This document shows positions 25,154-32,000 of a stretch of DNA of 32,000 nt, piece after piece. The position numbers and the translations under genes were made by a program. Every line of letters starts with the position of its first letter. Position 1 is the first letter of the stretch. Under the pieces are notes generated by a model. That model saw only the letters and a list, made by a program, of their open reading frames with translations. It was not told the DNA's origin and did not search any database. The stretch comes from Candidatus Methylomirabilis limnetica (GTDB taxonomy: Bacteria > Methylomirabilota > Methylomirabilia > Methylomirabilales > Methylomirabilaceae): assembly GCF_003044035.1 (NCBI RefSeq), contig NZ_NVQC01000022.1:270001-302000 (forward strand), read 5' to 3'.

Positions 25154-25696
25154 CTACTTCGGAGTCGACCCTCGCCTTTCGATGAACTCCTCCCATCGGC
25201 CCTGGGCCTTCAGGATCAGATCGATCACCTCCCGGACCGCGCCACGGCCACCGGCCTGCGTGGTCACATAGGCGACCCTTGCTCTCACCTCCAGGGCGGC
25301 ATCAGCCGGCGCCGCAGAGAGGCCGACCCGACCGAGCACGAGGAGGTCGTTCAGATCGTCACCGACGTATGCCGCCGCCTCATCGGTCAGACCGTACCGC
25401 TGAAGGAGCATCTCGTAGACTTCGAGCTTGTTCAGGATACCCTGGTGGATCTCAGGAATGCCCAACTCCTTCGCGCGGTGGGTAACCGCCCCAGACACAC
25501 GTCCCGTCAGGATCGCAGTCAGCAACCCCGCTCGTTGGGCCATGCGAAGACCCAGGCCGTCTCTCACGAAGAAAGCCTCGGTCTCCACCCCTGCCGCGTT
25601 GTAGAAGACCTGTCCGTCGGTAAGCACGCCATCGACATCCATGATAAGCAGACGAATCGCCTTTGCCTTTTCCTGGAGCCTCAGATCAATAGACAT
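25154..25696 (-). CDS. kdsC: 3-deoxy-D-manno-octulosonate 8-phosphate phosphatase KdsC (HAD-IIIA)
   Basis: LLIMDVDGVLTDG....RDGLG......G....ILTGR.......R..ELGI......K......GDDLND. The second ATG (25696) has better SD spacing (AAGGA-6 nt). The alternative start is 25702. Confidence 0.85.
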   Translation of the reverse strand: MSIDLRLQEKAKAIRLLIMDVDGVLTDGQVFYNAAGVETEAFFVRDGLGLRMAQRAGLLTAILTGRVSGAVTHRAKELGIPEIHQGILNKLEVYEMLLQRYGLTDEAAAYVGDDLNDLLVLGRVGLSAAPADAALEVRARVAYVTTQAGGRGAVREVIDLILKAQGRWEEFIERRGSTPK

Positions 25697-25715
25697 GGGC
25701 ATTCCTTAGAAAATA

Positions 25716-25750
25716 GCGTTCAGCTTTCAGCGGTCAGCTATCGGCTCTTC
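25716..25750. repeat. Heptamer array (GCnnTCA type, 5 units) immediately upstream of kdsC
   Basis: GCGTTCA GCTTTCA GCGGTCA GCTATCG GCTCTTC. On the coding strand it reads as GCTGAnn units. Confidence 0.65.
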
Positions 25751-25817
25751 TGGTACGTCCCCTGTTTTGTCTAAGCGTCATCGCATCTATTGCGTCTCTG
25801 GGTTCTGAGCCGTAGCC

Positions 25818-25847
25818 GTAGGTCGGGTTAGCGTAGCGTAACCCGAC
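25818..25847. repeat. REP-like hairpin family A, copy 3 (inverted orientation)
   Basis: GTAGGTCGGGTTAgcgtagcgTAACCCGAC. Confidence 0.7.
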
Positions 25848-25881
25848 AACGCTCGGCTGAGCGCCGATTGCCGATCGCTTC

Positions 25882-26049
25882 GTAACTACTCAGGTGTTTA
25901 GGCTGTAGGCTGAAGGCTGTTAGTCGTTGCGCACGGACTGAATCAAGGCGCACTTCATCGGCCAGTTCAAACGCTCTGAGCTTGGCATGATCTCGCATGG
26001 CGCGTTCCTACAGTCTAAAAGCCTACAGTCTATCTACCTGAGTAGTTAC
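25882..26049 (-). mobile_element. IVS-like MITE, copy 2 (168 bp), with the ORF remnant on the minus strand
   Basis: Perfect 14-nt termini GTAACTACTCAGGT / ACCTGAGTAGTTAC. Arms are GGCTGTAGGCTGAAGGCTG and CTACAGTCTAAAAGCCTACAGTC. It is flanked by the perfect 8-bp repeat ATCGCTTC (25874-81 and 26050-57). The loop encodes MRDHAKLRAFELADEV.., the canonical N-terminus of a four-helix-bundle protein. Confidence 0.8.
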
Positions 26050-26056
26050 ATCGCTT

Positions 26057-27016
26057 CTATACCACCCCGGCCCTCAGGAGGTCGTGCAGGTGGATGACCC
26101 CCTCTGGTCTCCCTTCGGGATCTACGATCAGCAGGGAGGTGATCGCGTGCCGCTCCATGACCTCCAGCGCCCTGGCCGCGAGGGCATCCTTGTCGATGGT
26201 CTTGGGGTGAGACGTCATGCAGTCTCTGACCTGCCGCTGCAACAGATCGATACCTTCCTGGAGCATCCGTCTTAGGTCGCCATCGGTGATGATTCCGGTG
26301 AGGATCCCGGCCTCGTCCACCACAGCGGTCATTCCGAACTGCTTTCGCGAAATCTCGGTAAGCGCGTCACGCATGAGCGTACCCTGCGCGATGACAGGAA
26401 GCTGCTCACCAACGTGCATGAGGTCCTGCACCCGCCATAACAGCCGCCGTCCCAAGCTACCGGCCGGATGCAAGAGCACAAAGTCTGCCTCGGTGAAACC
26501 GCGCTGCTCGAGCAGAACTACGGCAAGAGCATCGCCCATCGCCAGGGCTGCGGTGGTGCTAGCGGTTGGAGCCAAGGCCAGCGGGCAGGCTTCTTTCGCC
26601 ACGCTCACATCGATCGCAACGTCGCACTGTCCGGCAAGGGTGGAGGTGGAATCGCCAACCAGCGCGATCAGCATGAGGCCTAGCCGTTTGATCGCGGGGA
26701 GCAAACCTACGATTTCATCCGTCTCGCCGCTGTTCGAGATCGCGATGACAACATCGCCACGGACCAGCATCCCCAAGTCGCCATGCCCCCCCTCAGCGGG
26801 ATGGAGGAAGAACGCGGGGGTTCCGGTGCTGGCCATGGTGGAGGCAATCTTCTGAGCAATCGATCCGGACTTACCCATGCCGGTTAGTACGACCCGGCCC
26901 CGGCAGTCCCGGAGGATCTCGACAGCCCGGTCGAACCGCTCATCTAGCTTCGGGATCAAGGCCAGGATCGCCTCGGCCTCAATCTGCAGCACTTGTCGCC
27001 CTCGATCGGCAATCAT
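26057..27016 (-). CDS. kdsD: Arabinose-5-phosphate isomerase KdsD (KpsF/GutQ; SIS plus tandem CBS domains), 319 aa
   Basis: GRVVLTGMGKSG.IA.KIA.T..STGTPAFF.HP.E..HGDLG, with C-terminal CBS pairs. Confidence 0.9.
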   Translation of the reverse strand: MIADRGRQVLQIEAEAILALIPKLDERFDRAVEILRDCRGRVVLTGMGKSGSIAQKIASTMASTGTPAFFLHPAEGGHGDLGMLVRGDVVIAISNSGETDEIVGLLPAIKRLGLMLIALVGDSTSTLAGQCDVAIDVSVAKEACPLALAPTASTTAALAMGDALAVVLLEQRGFTEADFVLLHPAGSLGRRLLWRVQDLMHVGEQLPVIAQGTLMRDALTEISRKQFGMTAVVDEAGILTGIITDGDLRRMLQEGIDLLQRQVRDCMTSHPKTIDKDALAARALEVMERHAITSLLIVDPEGRPEGVIHLHDLLRAGVV

Positions 27017-27163
27017 GGAATTTCGGTCCGCTCTAACAGAGGTCCGAGCATCCGATCCACGACAGGGATCACCTCGTCAAGCCCGATCAACTGTATTGTG
27101 CTCACAAGGATCCTCCTCGGCTCCCCAATCCCCAAGGCAGCCGCCACCGCTCCCCGTCCGGTG

Positions 27164-28453
27164 TCATCCGGATATCCACGAGATCCAGCCACCATTCCCA
27201 GCCTTCTGCCTCTCTTGTTCCGCATCGACGCTCACCGCTAAGGCCATCAGCACCCAGAAAAGGTGGGCCATGCCTCCTGCGAAGATGTGATCAAACAGGT
27301 TGCTGACGATTACCCCTACAACGACCATCCCCAGGCCGAGTAGAACCGCCTGTCCGAATCCATCGGAAGCCTTGGCCATTCTCCCCATTGTTGCCCTGAG
27401 CGCGGCGGAAAAGATCCACAATAGCAGAATCAGACCCGGGAACCCGGTCCCAAGAGCAGCCTCAATATACAGATTATGAGGGTGGTTGGCTTCTTTTAAT
27501 TCCGGCGCATCCTCATAGACCATGGCCATAGCCTTTCCGCCGTATCCTATCCCCATCAGCGGATGCTTCGAAAGCTCCTGGACGGCCAGTCCAGAGGTCT
27601 TGAGTCGAGCCACCAAAGTGTAAGGATTCAGCGTATCAGCGCTCGGGCTCAACGAAAGAGTGCTACTTCTTGATGCGAGGAGCAGCAGGCCTACCAACCC
27701 CACGAGGATGGTCCCCCCAACCAGGATCAGGTATAGCCGCCTTCGCCCAGCCCACCCATATACAAACAGCTCGGCCAGGAGGGCCACCCATGCTCCCCTC
27801 GTGTACGTGAGAAAAAGCGCAACACATGAAAGCACACACGTCATGCGAAGGAACAGCCTGGCCCACCGATCTTGCTGCACCATTGTAAGGCACAGCAGAA
27901 TCGGAATGGTCAAAATCAGATAGGTGCTCAGCCAATGGAAATCCGGGGTCAACGAGTTGGCTCTCACTGCCCTGTGGGCTACACTCCCCTGCTGAATCAG
28001 GAAAAACTTGAGGATACCGTAGCTGCTGACCACGAACGTGGTGAGCACGATGGCAGAGAGCAGCCTTCGCACCGATTGCCTATCCCGCACCTGATTTACG
28101 ACGAGATAGAAAATGAGTACGCTCACTATGAGCTTCAGCAACTCTCCCAGGCTATACAACAGATGAGCGGCCGTGATGAGGGTAAAAGCGATCCAGGCGA
28201 TGTAGGCCGCGAGCGGCACATCCAGTGAGGTCCTCCGCAGGCTAAAATCCCTTGCAACGAGCATGTGTAAGACCCAGGCAACAGCCAGACCGGCGAGGAG
28301 GGCGCCCTTCAAGGGCCGCAGTAAGGCCGACGGCATCAGGAAGATCAGTAACACGAGGCCGTATCGAAGTGCGATCGCTGAGTACGCCAGATACCGATCC
28401 CTCCACTCGAAATGTTTTCCTCCCGATACCTCCCACATCTCTTCCTTGCTCAT
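27164..28453 (-). CDS. O-antigen ligase/polymerase family (Wzy_C) membrane protein, 429 aa
   Basis: About 10-12 TM segments, with the TYTRGAWVALLAE loop motif typical of the O-antigen ligase family. It lies within the KDO/LPS cluster. Confidence 0.78.
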   Translation of the reverse strand: MSKEEMWEVSGGKHFEWRDRYLAYSAIALRYGLVLLIFLMPSALLRPLKGALLAGLAVAWVLHMLVARDFSLRRTSLDVPLAAYIAWIAFTLITAAHLLYSLGELLKLIVSVLIFYLVVNQVRDRQSVRRLLSAIVLTTFVVSSYGILKFFLIQQGSVAHRAVRANSLTPDFHWLSTYLILTIPILLCLTMVQQDRWARLFLRMTCVLSCVALFLTYTRGAWVALLAELFVYGWAGRRRLYLILVGGTILVGLVGLLLLASRSSTLSLSPSADTLNPYTLVARLKTSGLAVQELSKHPLMGIGYGGKAMAMVYEDAPELKEANHPHNLYIEAALGTGFPGLILLLWIFSAALRATMGRMAKASDGFGQAVLLGLGMVVVGVIVSNLFDHIFAGGMAHLFWVLMALAVSVDAEQERQKAGNGGWISWISG

Positions 28454-28509
28454 ATAAGATCCGCCATCGTTACCTCAGGCCCGAGCAAGCTGAGTGTTGT
28501 ACAATCGAC

Positions 28510-28717
28510 GTAACTACTCAGGTAGATAGGCTGAAGGCTGAAGGCTTTTAGGGGTAAGTCATGCGTGATCATACAAAACTCCGAGAAGATCTTGAATCTA
28601 CTGGGGGTTCATTCCCCGCGGATTGCCGCGGGGTAGTTCATTGGCTCGATTCGTGCCTTGCGAGATAATTTAGAACCTTCAGTCTTCAGTCTTCAGCCTA
28701 AACACCTGAGTAGTTAC
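28510..28717 (+). mobile_element. IVS-like MITE, copy 3 (208 bp), with the ORF remnant on the plus strand and a nested 44-nt REP insertion
   Basis: Perfect termini GTAACTACTCAGGT / ACCTGAGTAGTTAC. Arms are (GGCTGAA)2 and (TTCAGTC)2TTCAGCC. It is flanked by the perfect 8-bp repeat CAATCGAC (28502-09 and 28718-25). The loop is collinear with copy 1 apart from the insertion. Confidence 0.8.
28607..28640. repeat. REP family D hairpin (CCCCGCGGattgCCGCGGGG) nested inside MITE copy 3
   Basis: Absent from the otherwise collinear copy 1. The reverse complement matches 2723-2755 at about 30 of 33 nt. GTTCATT appears on both sides of the insert. Confidence 0.65.
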
Positions 28718-30517
28718 CAATCGACAATAGACCCCACCCTGCGCCATCAGCTCCGCGTGCGTCCCTTGCTCGACACAGCACCCACCGTCCAGTACCAGAA
28801 TCTTGTCGGCTCGAATCACGGTAGAAAGCCGGTGCGCAATCACAAAGGTGGTCCGATTCTGCATCAGCCGATCCAGCGCCTCCTGGACCAGGCGCTCCGA
28901 CTCCGCATCAAGGGCCGACGTGGCTTCATCCAAGATCAGGATGGGCGGGTTCTTCAGGATGGCCCTCGCGATGGCGATCCGTTGTTTCTCTCCACCTGAT
29001 AGACGCACCCCCCGTTCGCCAATCCTGGTCTCGTACTGCGCCGGGAGCGCCTGAATGAACTCCTCAGCGTTGGCGATCCTGGCTGCCTCCACGACTAGAC
29101 CTGGATCCACGTCACGCTGCCCATAGGCGATATTATTAAAAATCGTGTCATCGAATAAGATCGTCTCCTGGGTTACGATCCCCATCTGCGCGCGCAACGA
29201 CGAAAGGGTCGCCAGTGTGATATCGACCCCATCGATGGCGATGAGCCCCTCTGTCGGATCGTAGAAGCGCGGGATGAGGTTGACCATGGTGCTCTTACCG
29301 GTCCCGCTGCTGCCGACGACCGCCACGATCTCACCAAGCTTGGCCCCGAAACTGATGCCGTGCAGTACAGTCCGGTCGGGGTCATAGGCGAAGGAGACGT
29401 TATGGAATCGAACCCCTTCCTGCATCCGTGGAAGCGTCACAGCATCGGATCGCTCCACCAGATCAGAACGGAGGTCCATGAGCTCGAAGACCCGTACGGC
29501 GCCTGCCATTCCGCGCTGAATGTTGTTATTGATCTGGCTGATTCGCTTGACGGGTTGATAGAGGGAGGTCAGTGCCCCAAGGAAAGCCATGAACGCTCCA
29601 GGGGTCAAGCTTTTGGAGAGCACGAGATAGCCGCCGACCCAGATCGCAACAACAATGCCCACGGATCCGAGGACCTCAAGAACCGGCGAGGTAAGCGCGT
29701 CAACCTTGACGATGCGTATGACGGCCTTGAAGACTCGCTCGCTGGCGTGCCGATACCGTCGCCGCTCATACTCTTCCATGCCAAAGGCCTTGACGATCCG
29801 AACCCCGGAAATAGTTTCCTGCAGGATCGTATTCAGCTCGGCGCGCCCCTCTTGGACCAGTGTGCCTCTGCGACGGATCTTGGAACCAAACTTTACAATC
29901 GGCAGGATCGCCACCGGTAAGACGAGCAACGAAAGGAGAGCGAGCTGCCACTTGATCAGAAACAGCAGCACGATGAGCCCGATAATGTTGAACGGCTCCC
30001 TGAGAGCGTTACGGAAGAGCTCGGTCGACGCGTCCCCAAGGCTTTCTACGTCAGAGTTGAGGCGGGACATAATCTCGCCTGTTGAGCGACGAGTGAAAAA
30101 GCCAAGGGACAGCACGTGCAGATGCGCATACAGACTGTTTCGAATGTCTCGCTGGATCCCTTCGGCCACGTATCGCAGTTGCAGTTGCTGGATGTAGAGA
30201 AGTACGCCTTTGGCCAAAAAGACGAGGAAGAGGGCCCCTCCGATAAAGGTGAGGATATTGATTCGATGAGCCTGCAGGAGCGTCTGAAGCTGGACCAGCC
30301 GCTGTCCAAGCACGGCCCTGATCGGATCCGGAAGGCTAATCCCTGCCACACCGCCCTCTGCGGCGAAAAGACCGTCGAAGATCGGCTGGAGTGAACCGAT
30401 GGAGACCGCATTGAGTATGGCGATGAGGACAAGGGAGGCGATAGCAAGGATGACCCGTGCCCGGTAGGGGTAGGCGTACCGGAGCACGCGAAGGAATTGT
30501 TGTAGGGGTGTTTGCAT
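28679..30517 (-). CDS. msbA: Lipid A export ABC transporter permease/ATPase, MsbA-like, 612 aa
   Basis: Six-TM domain followed by an NBD: Walker A GSSGTGKST, signature LSGGEKQR, Walker B ILILDEATSALD. The last 12 codons and the stop lie inside MITE copy 3. Confidence 0.88.
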   Translation of the reverse strand: MQTPLQQFLRVLRYAYPYRARVILAIASLVLIAILNAVSIGSLQPIFDGLFAAEGGVAGISLPDPIRAVLGQRLVQLQTLLQAHRINILTFIGGALFLVFLAKGVLLYIQQLQLRYVAEGIQRDIRNSLYAHLHVLSLGFFTRRSTGEIMSRLNSDVESLGDASTELFRNALREPFNIIGLIVLLFLIKWQLALLSLLVLPVAILPIVKFGSKIRRRGTLVQEGRAELNTILQETISGVRIVKAFGMEEYERRRYRHASERVFKAVIRIVKVDALTSPVLEVLGSVGIVVAIWVGGYLVLSKSLTPGAFMAFLGALTSLYQPVKRISQINNNIQRGMAGAVRVFELMDLRSDLVERSDAVTLPRMQEGVRFHNVSFAYDPDRTVLHGISFGAKLGEIVAVVGSSGTGKSTMVNLIPRFYDPTEGLIAIDGVDITLATLSSLRAQMGIVTQETILFDDTIFNNIAYGQRDVDPGLVVEAARIANAEEFIQALPAQYETRIGERGVRLSGGEKQRIAIARAILKNPPILILDEATSALDAESERLVQEALDRLMQNRTTFVIAHRLSTVIRADKILVLDGGCCVEQGTHAELMAQGGVYCRLVTTQVFRLKTED

Positions 30518-30525
30518 CTGGAGAA

Positions 30526-30567
30526 CAGCCTTCAGCTATCAGCGGTCAGCTTTTAGCTTCTGAACTG
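30526..30567. repeat. Heptamer array (CAGCnnT type, about 6 units) spanning the kdsA stop and the kdsA-msbA gap
   Basis: CAGCCTT CAGCTAT CAGCGGT CAGCTTT TAGCTTC TGAACTG. It encodes the KdsA tail ..VQKLKADR stop. Confidence 0.65.
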
Positions 30568-31408
30568 ATGGCTGGTTTATATACGGCGCTACTACCTGCT
30601 GAACCTCTAGCAACTGGGTTAGAAGTTCCGGAAGTGCGTCAAGTTGGAGCATGTTGGGGCCGTCGCTGGGCGCATTGGCAGGGTCGGGATGGACCTCCAT
30701 GAAGAGCCCGTCGACCCCTGCCGCTACAGCGGCTCGCGCAATGTAGGGAATAAATTGAGACTGCCCTGAAGAGGCATCGCCCGCACCGCCAGGTAGTTGC
30801 AAGCTGTGGGTGACATCGAACAGGACGGGGTAGCCGAAGCTGCGCATGACCGGGAGCGAACGGATGTCTACCACCAGGTTGTTATAGCCGAAGCTGCTTC
30901 CCCGTTCTGTCAGCACGATCGCCTCCGAGCCGGCCGATTTGAGCTTCTCGACGATATTACCTGCATCCCATGGTGACAGGAATTGTCCCTTCTTGACATT
31001 GACCGGCTTACCGGACCTCGCAGCAGCCAGGAGGAGGTCAGTCTGACGACACAAGAAGGCCGGGATCTGAAGAATATCCAGCACCTCCGCCGCAGCAGAT
31101 ACCTGATTCACGTCGTGGACATCGGAGATGACAGGGACGCCCAGCCTCGCCTTCACACGCTCCAGAATGCGAAGCCCCTCCTCCAAGCCCGGGCCGCGAA
31201 ATGAACGGCCTGACGACCGATTGGCCTTATCGTAGGAGGCCTTGAGGATGAAGGGAACCCGGCACGCTTCACATACTACCTTGATCGCCTCGCCAATCCT
31301 GAGCAGGTGATCCTCGCTCTCGATGACGCATGGACCAGCCACTAGGAGAAGCGGCGCTCCGCCACCAAGCGTAAGTTCGCCGATCCGTACCTGTTTTGTG
31401 AGTGCCAT
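30539..31408 (-). CDS. kdsA: 3-deoxy-8-phosphooctulonate synthase (KDO-8-P synthase), 289 aa
   Basis: ..[12 protein letters not shown]......I......C......[26 protein letters not shown]...G.PV.SDVH.. and ..[11 protein letters not shown]. Confidence 0.9.
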   Translation of the reverse strand: MALTKQVRIGELTLGGGAPLLLVAGPCVIESEDHLLRIGEAIKVVCEACRVPFILKASYDKANRSSGRSFRGPGLEEGLRILERVKARLGVPVISDVHDVNQVSAAAEVLDILQIPAFLCRQTDLLLAAARSGKPVNVKKGQFLSPWDAGNIVEKLKSAGSEAIVLTERGSSFGYNNLVVDIRSLPVMRSFGYPVLFDVTHSLQLPGGAGDASSGQSQFIPYIARAAVAAGVDGLFMEVHPDPANAPSDGPNMLQLDALPELLTQLLEVQQVVAPYINQPSVQKLKADR

Positions 31409-31409
31409 T

Positions 31410-31468
31410 GGGTTTAGGGTTTAGGGTTTAGGGTTTAGGGTTTAGGGTTTAGGGTTTAGGGTTTAGGG
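31410..31468. repeat. Perfect tandem array (GGGTTTA)x8 plus GGG, the plant-type telomere repeat unit, directly abutting the kdsA start codon
   Basis: Counted unit by unit (31410-31465 plus GGG). On the coding (minus) strand it reads (CCCTAAA)n. Confidence 0.9.
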
Positions 31469-31480
31469 AGATCCTTCTAG

Positions 31481-31515
31481 ACCCTTTACCCTCTACCCTT
31501 TACCCTAGACCCTGC
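31481..31515. repeat. Degenerate heptamer array (ACCCTnn)x5 overlapping the pyrG stop; a partial inverted partner of the GGGTTTA array
   Basis: ACCCTTT ACCCTCT ACCCTTT ACCCTAG ACCCTGC. On the coding strand it gives (AGGGTnn)5. Confidence 0.8.
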
Positions 31516-32000
31516 TCTCCTGTCGTACCAGCGAAGCCTTGATGAACTCACGAAATAGCGGGTGAGGTCGCTTGGGACGCGACTTGAACTCGGGGTGGAA
31601 TTGGCCGCCAACGAACCACGGGTGATCCGGGATCTCGATCATCTCCACCAGCATATCGTCTGGCGAAAACCCACACAGCCGCATTCCGTGGCGCTCCAGG
31701 ATGTCCCGGTAGTCGTTGTTGACCTCGTAGCGATGGCGGTGACGTTCGCTGATCTCCGTGGTCCCGTAGGCCTGGTAGGCGACAGACGGCACCACAATAC
31801 GGCACGGATACGCCCCCAGCCGCATCGTCCCCCCCAAGCTGGTGATCCCACGCTGCTCAGACATGAGATCAACGACCGGGTGGGGGGAGTTCAGATCGAA
31901 CTCGCGGCTATTAGCGCCCTGCAGGCCGCACACGTGCCTGGCAAATTCGACGACAGCGCACTGCATCCCCAGGCAGATCCCGAAGAACGGGATTCGCTCT
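31505..32000 (-). CDS. pyrG: CTP synthase, C-terminal glutamine amidotransferase part (the gene continues beyond the window)
   Basis: ..[12 protein letters not shown]......AY......[14 protein letters not shown]......G.......D..LVE.IE...[15 protein letters not shown]...HPLF..FI.A. The frame stays open to the window end. Confidence 0.9.
   Translation of the reverse strand, partial: ERIPFFGICLGMQCAVVEFARHVCGLQGANSREFDLNSPHPVVDLMSEQRGITSLGGTMRLGAYPCRIVVPSVAYQAYGTTEISERHRHRYEVNNDYRDILERHGMRLCGFSPDDMLVEMIEIPDHPWFVGGQFHPEFKSRPKRPHPLFREFIKASLVRQESRV

Noticed and set aside
27013-27225. 70-aa minus-strand ORF whose stop overlaps the kdsD ATG (ATGA) in the ligase-kdsD gap
   Set aside because: The overlap is suggestive, but the ORF also overlaps the 3-prime end of the O-antigen ligase gene. 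It has no SD or recognisable motif, and its composition is Gly/Arg-rich. The evidence is insufficient to call a gene.
31410-31468. Possible CRISPR array, or eukaryotic (plant telomere) contamination or a chimeric assembly, suggested by (TTTAGGG)8
   Set aside because: The units are 7 nt with no spacers, so this is not a CRISPR. The array sits in a 96-nt gap between two typical bacterial genes (pyrG, kdsA) that continue an intact operon, and similar heptamer arrays of other sequence occur throughout the window. It is therefore native simple-repeat DNA, although repeat number should be confirmed with spanning reads.

Overview
About 60% GC DNA from a diderm (LPS-producing) bacterium, in three parts. 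(1) 1-9.6 kb is an accessory region. It holds type II toxin-antitoxin cassettes (DUF4258 pair, RHH-PIN, HicAB, MazF pair, nucleotidyltransferase pair), decayed toxin and RAYT remnants, several REP-like hairpin families, and a roughly 955-aa secreted lipase-like multidomain protein. (2) 9.9-19 kb is mostly core envelope genes: comEC, a BNR/sialidase-like secreted protein, a CPBP protease and lptF-lptG. (3) 19-32 kb starts with ahcY at reduced GC, then a roughly 41% GC orphan membrane-protein gene with a small upstream ORF. After these comes a minus-strand run of pyrG-kdsA-msbA-O-antigen ligase-kdsD-kdsC, then metK and an FKBP isomerase. The most unusual signal is a family of three 164-208 bp elements with terminal inverted repeats and perfect 8-bp target-site duplications. 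Each carries a truncated four-helix-bundle (23S rRNA intervening-sequence type) ORF and sits in or next to the LPS genes. Tandem heptamer arrays fill most intergenic gaps of that operon, including a (GGGTTTA)8 plant-telomere-like array. No CRISPR array, rRNA or tRNA gene was recognised. All family assignments come from reading motifs by eye; no searches were run.
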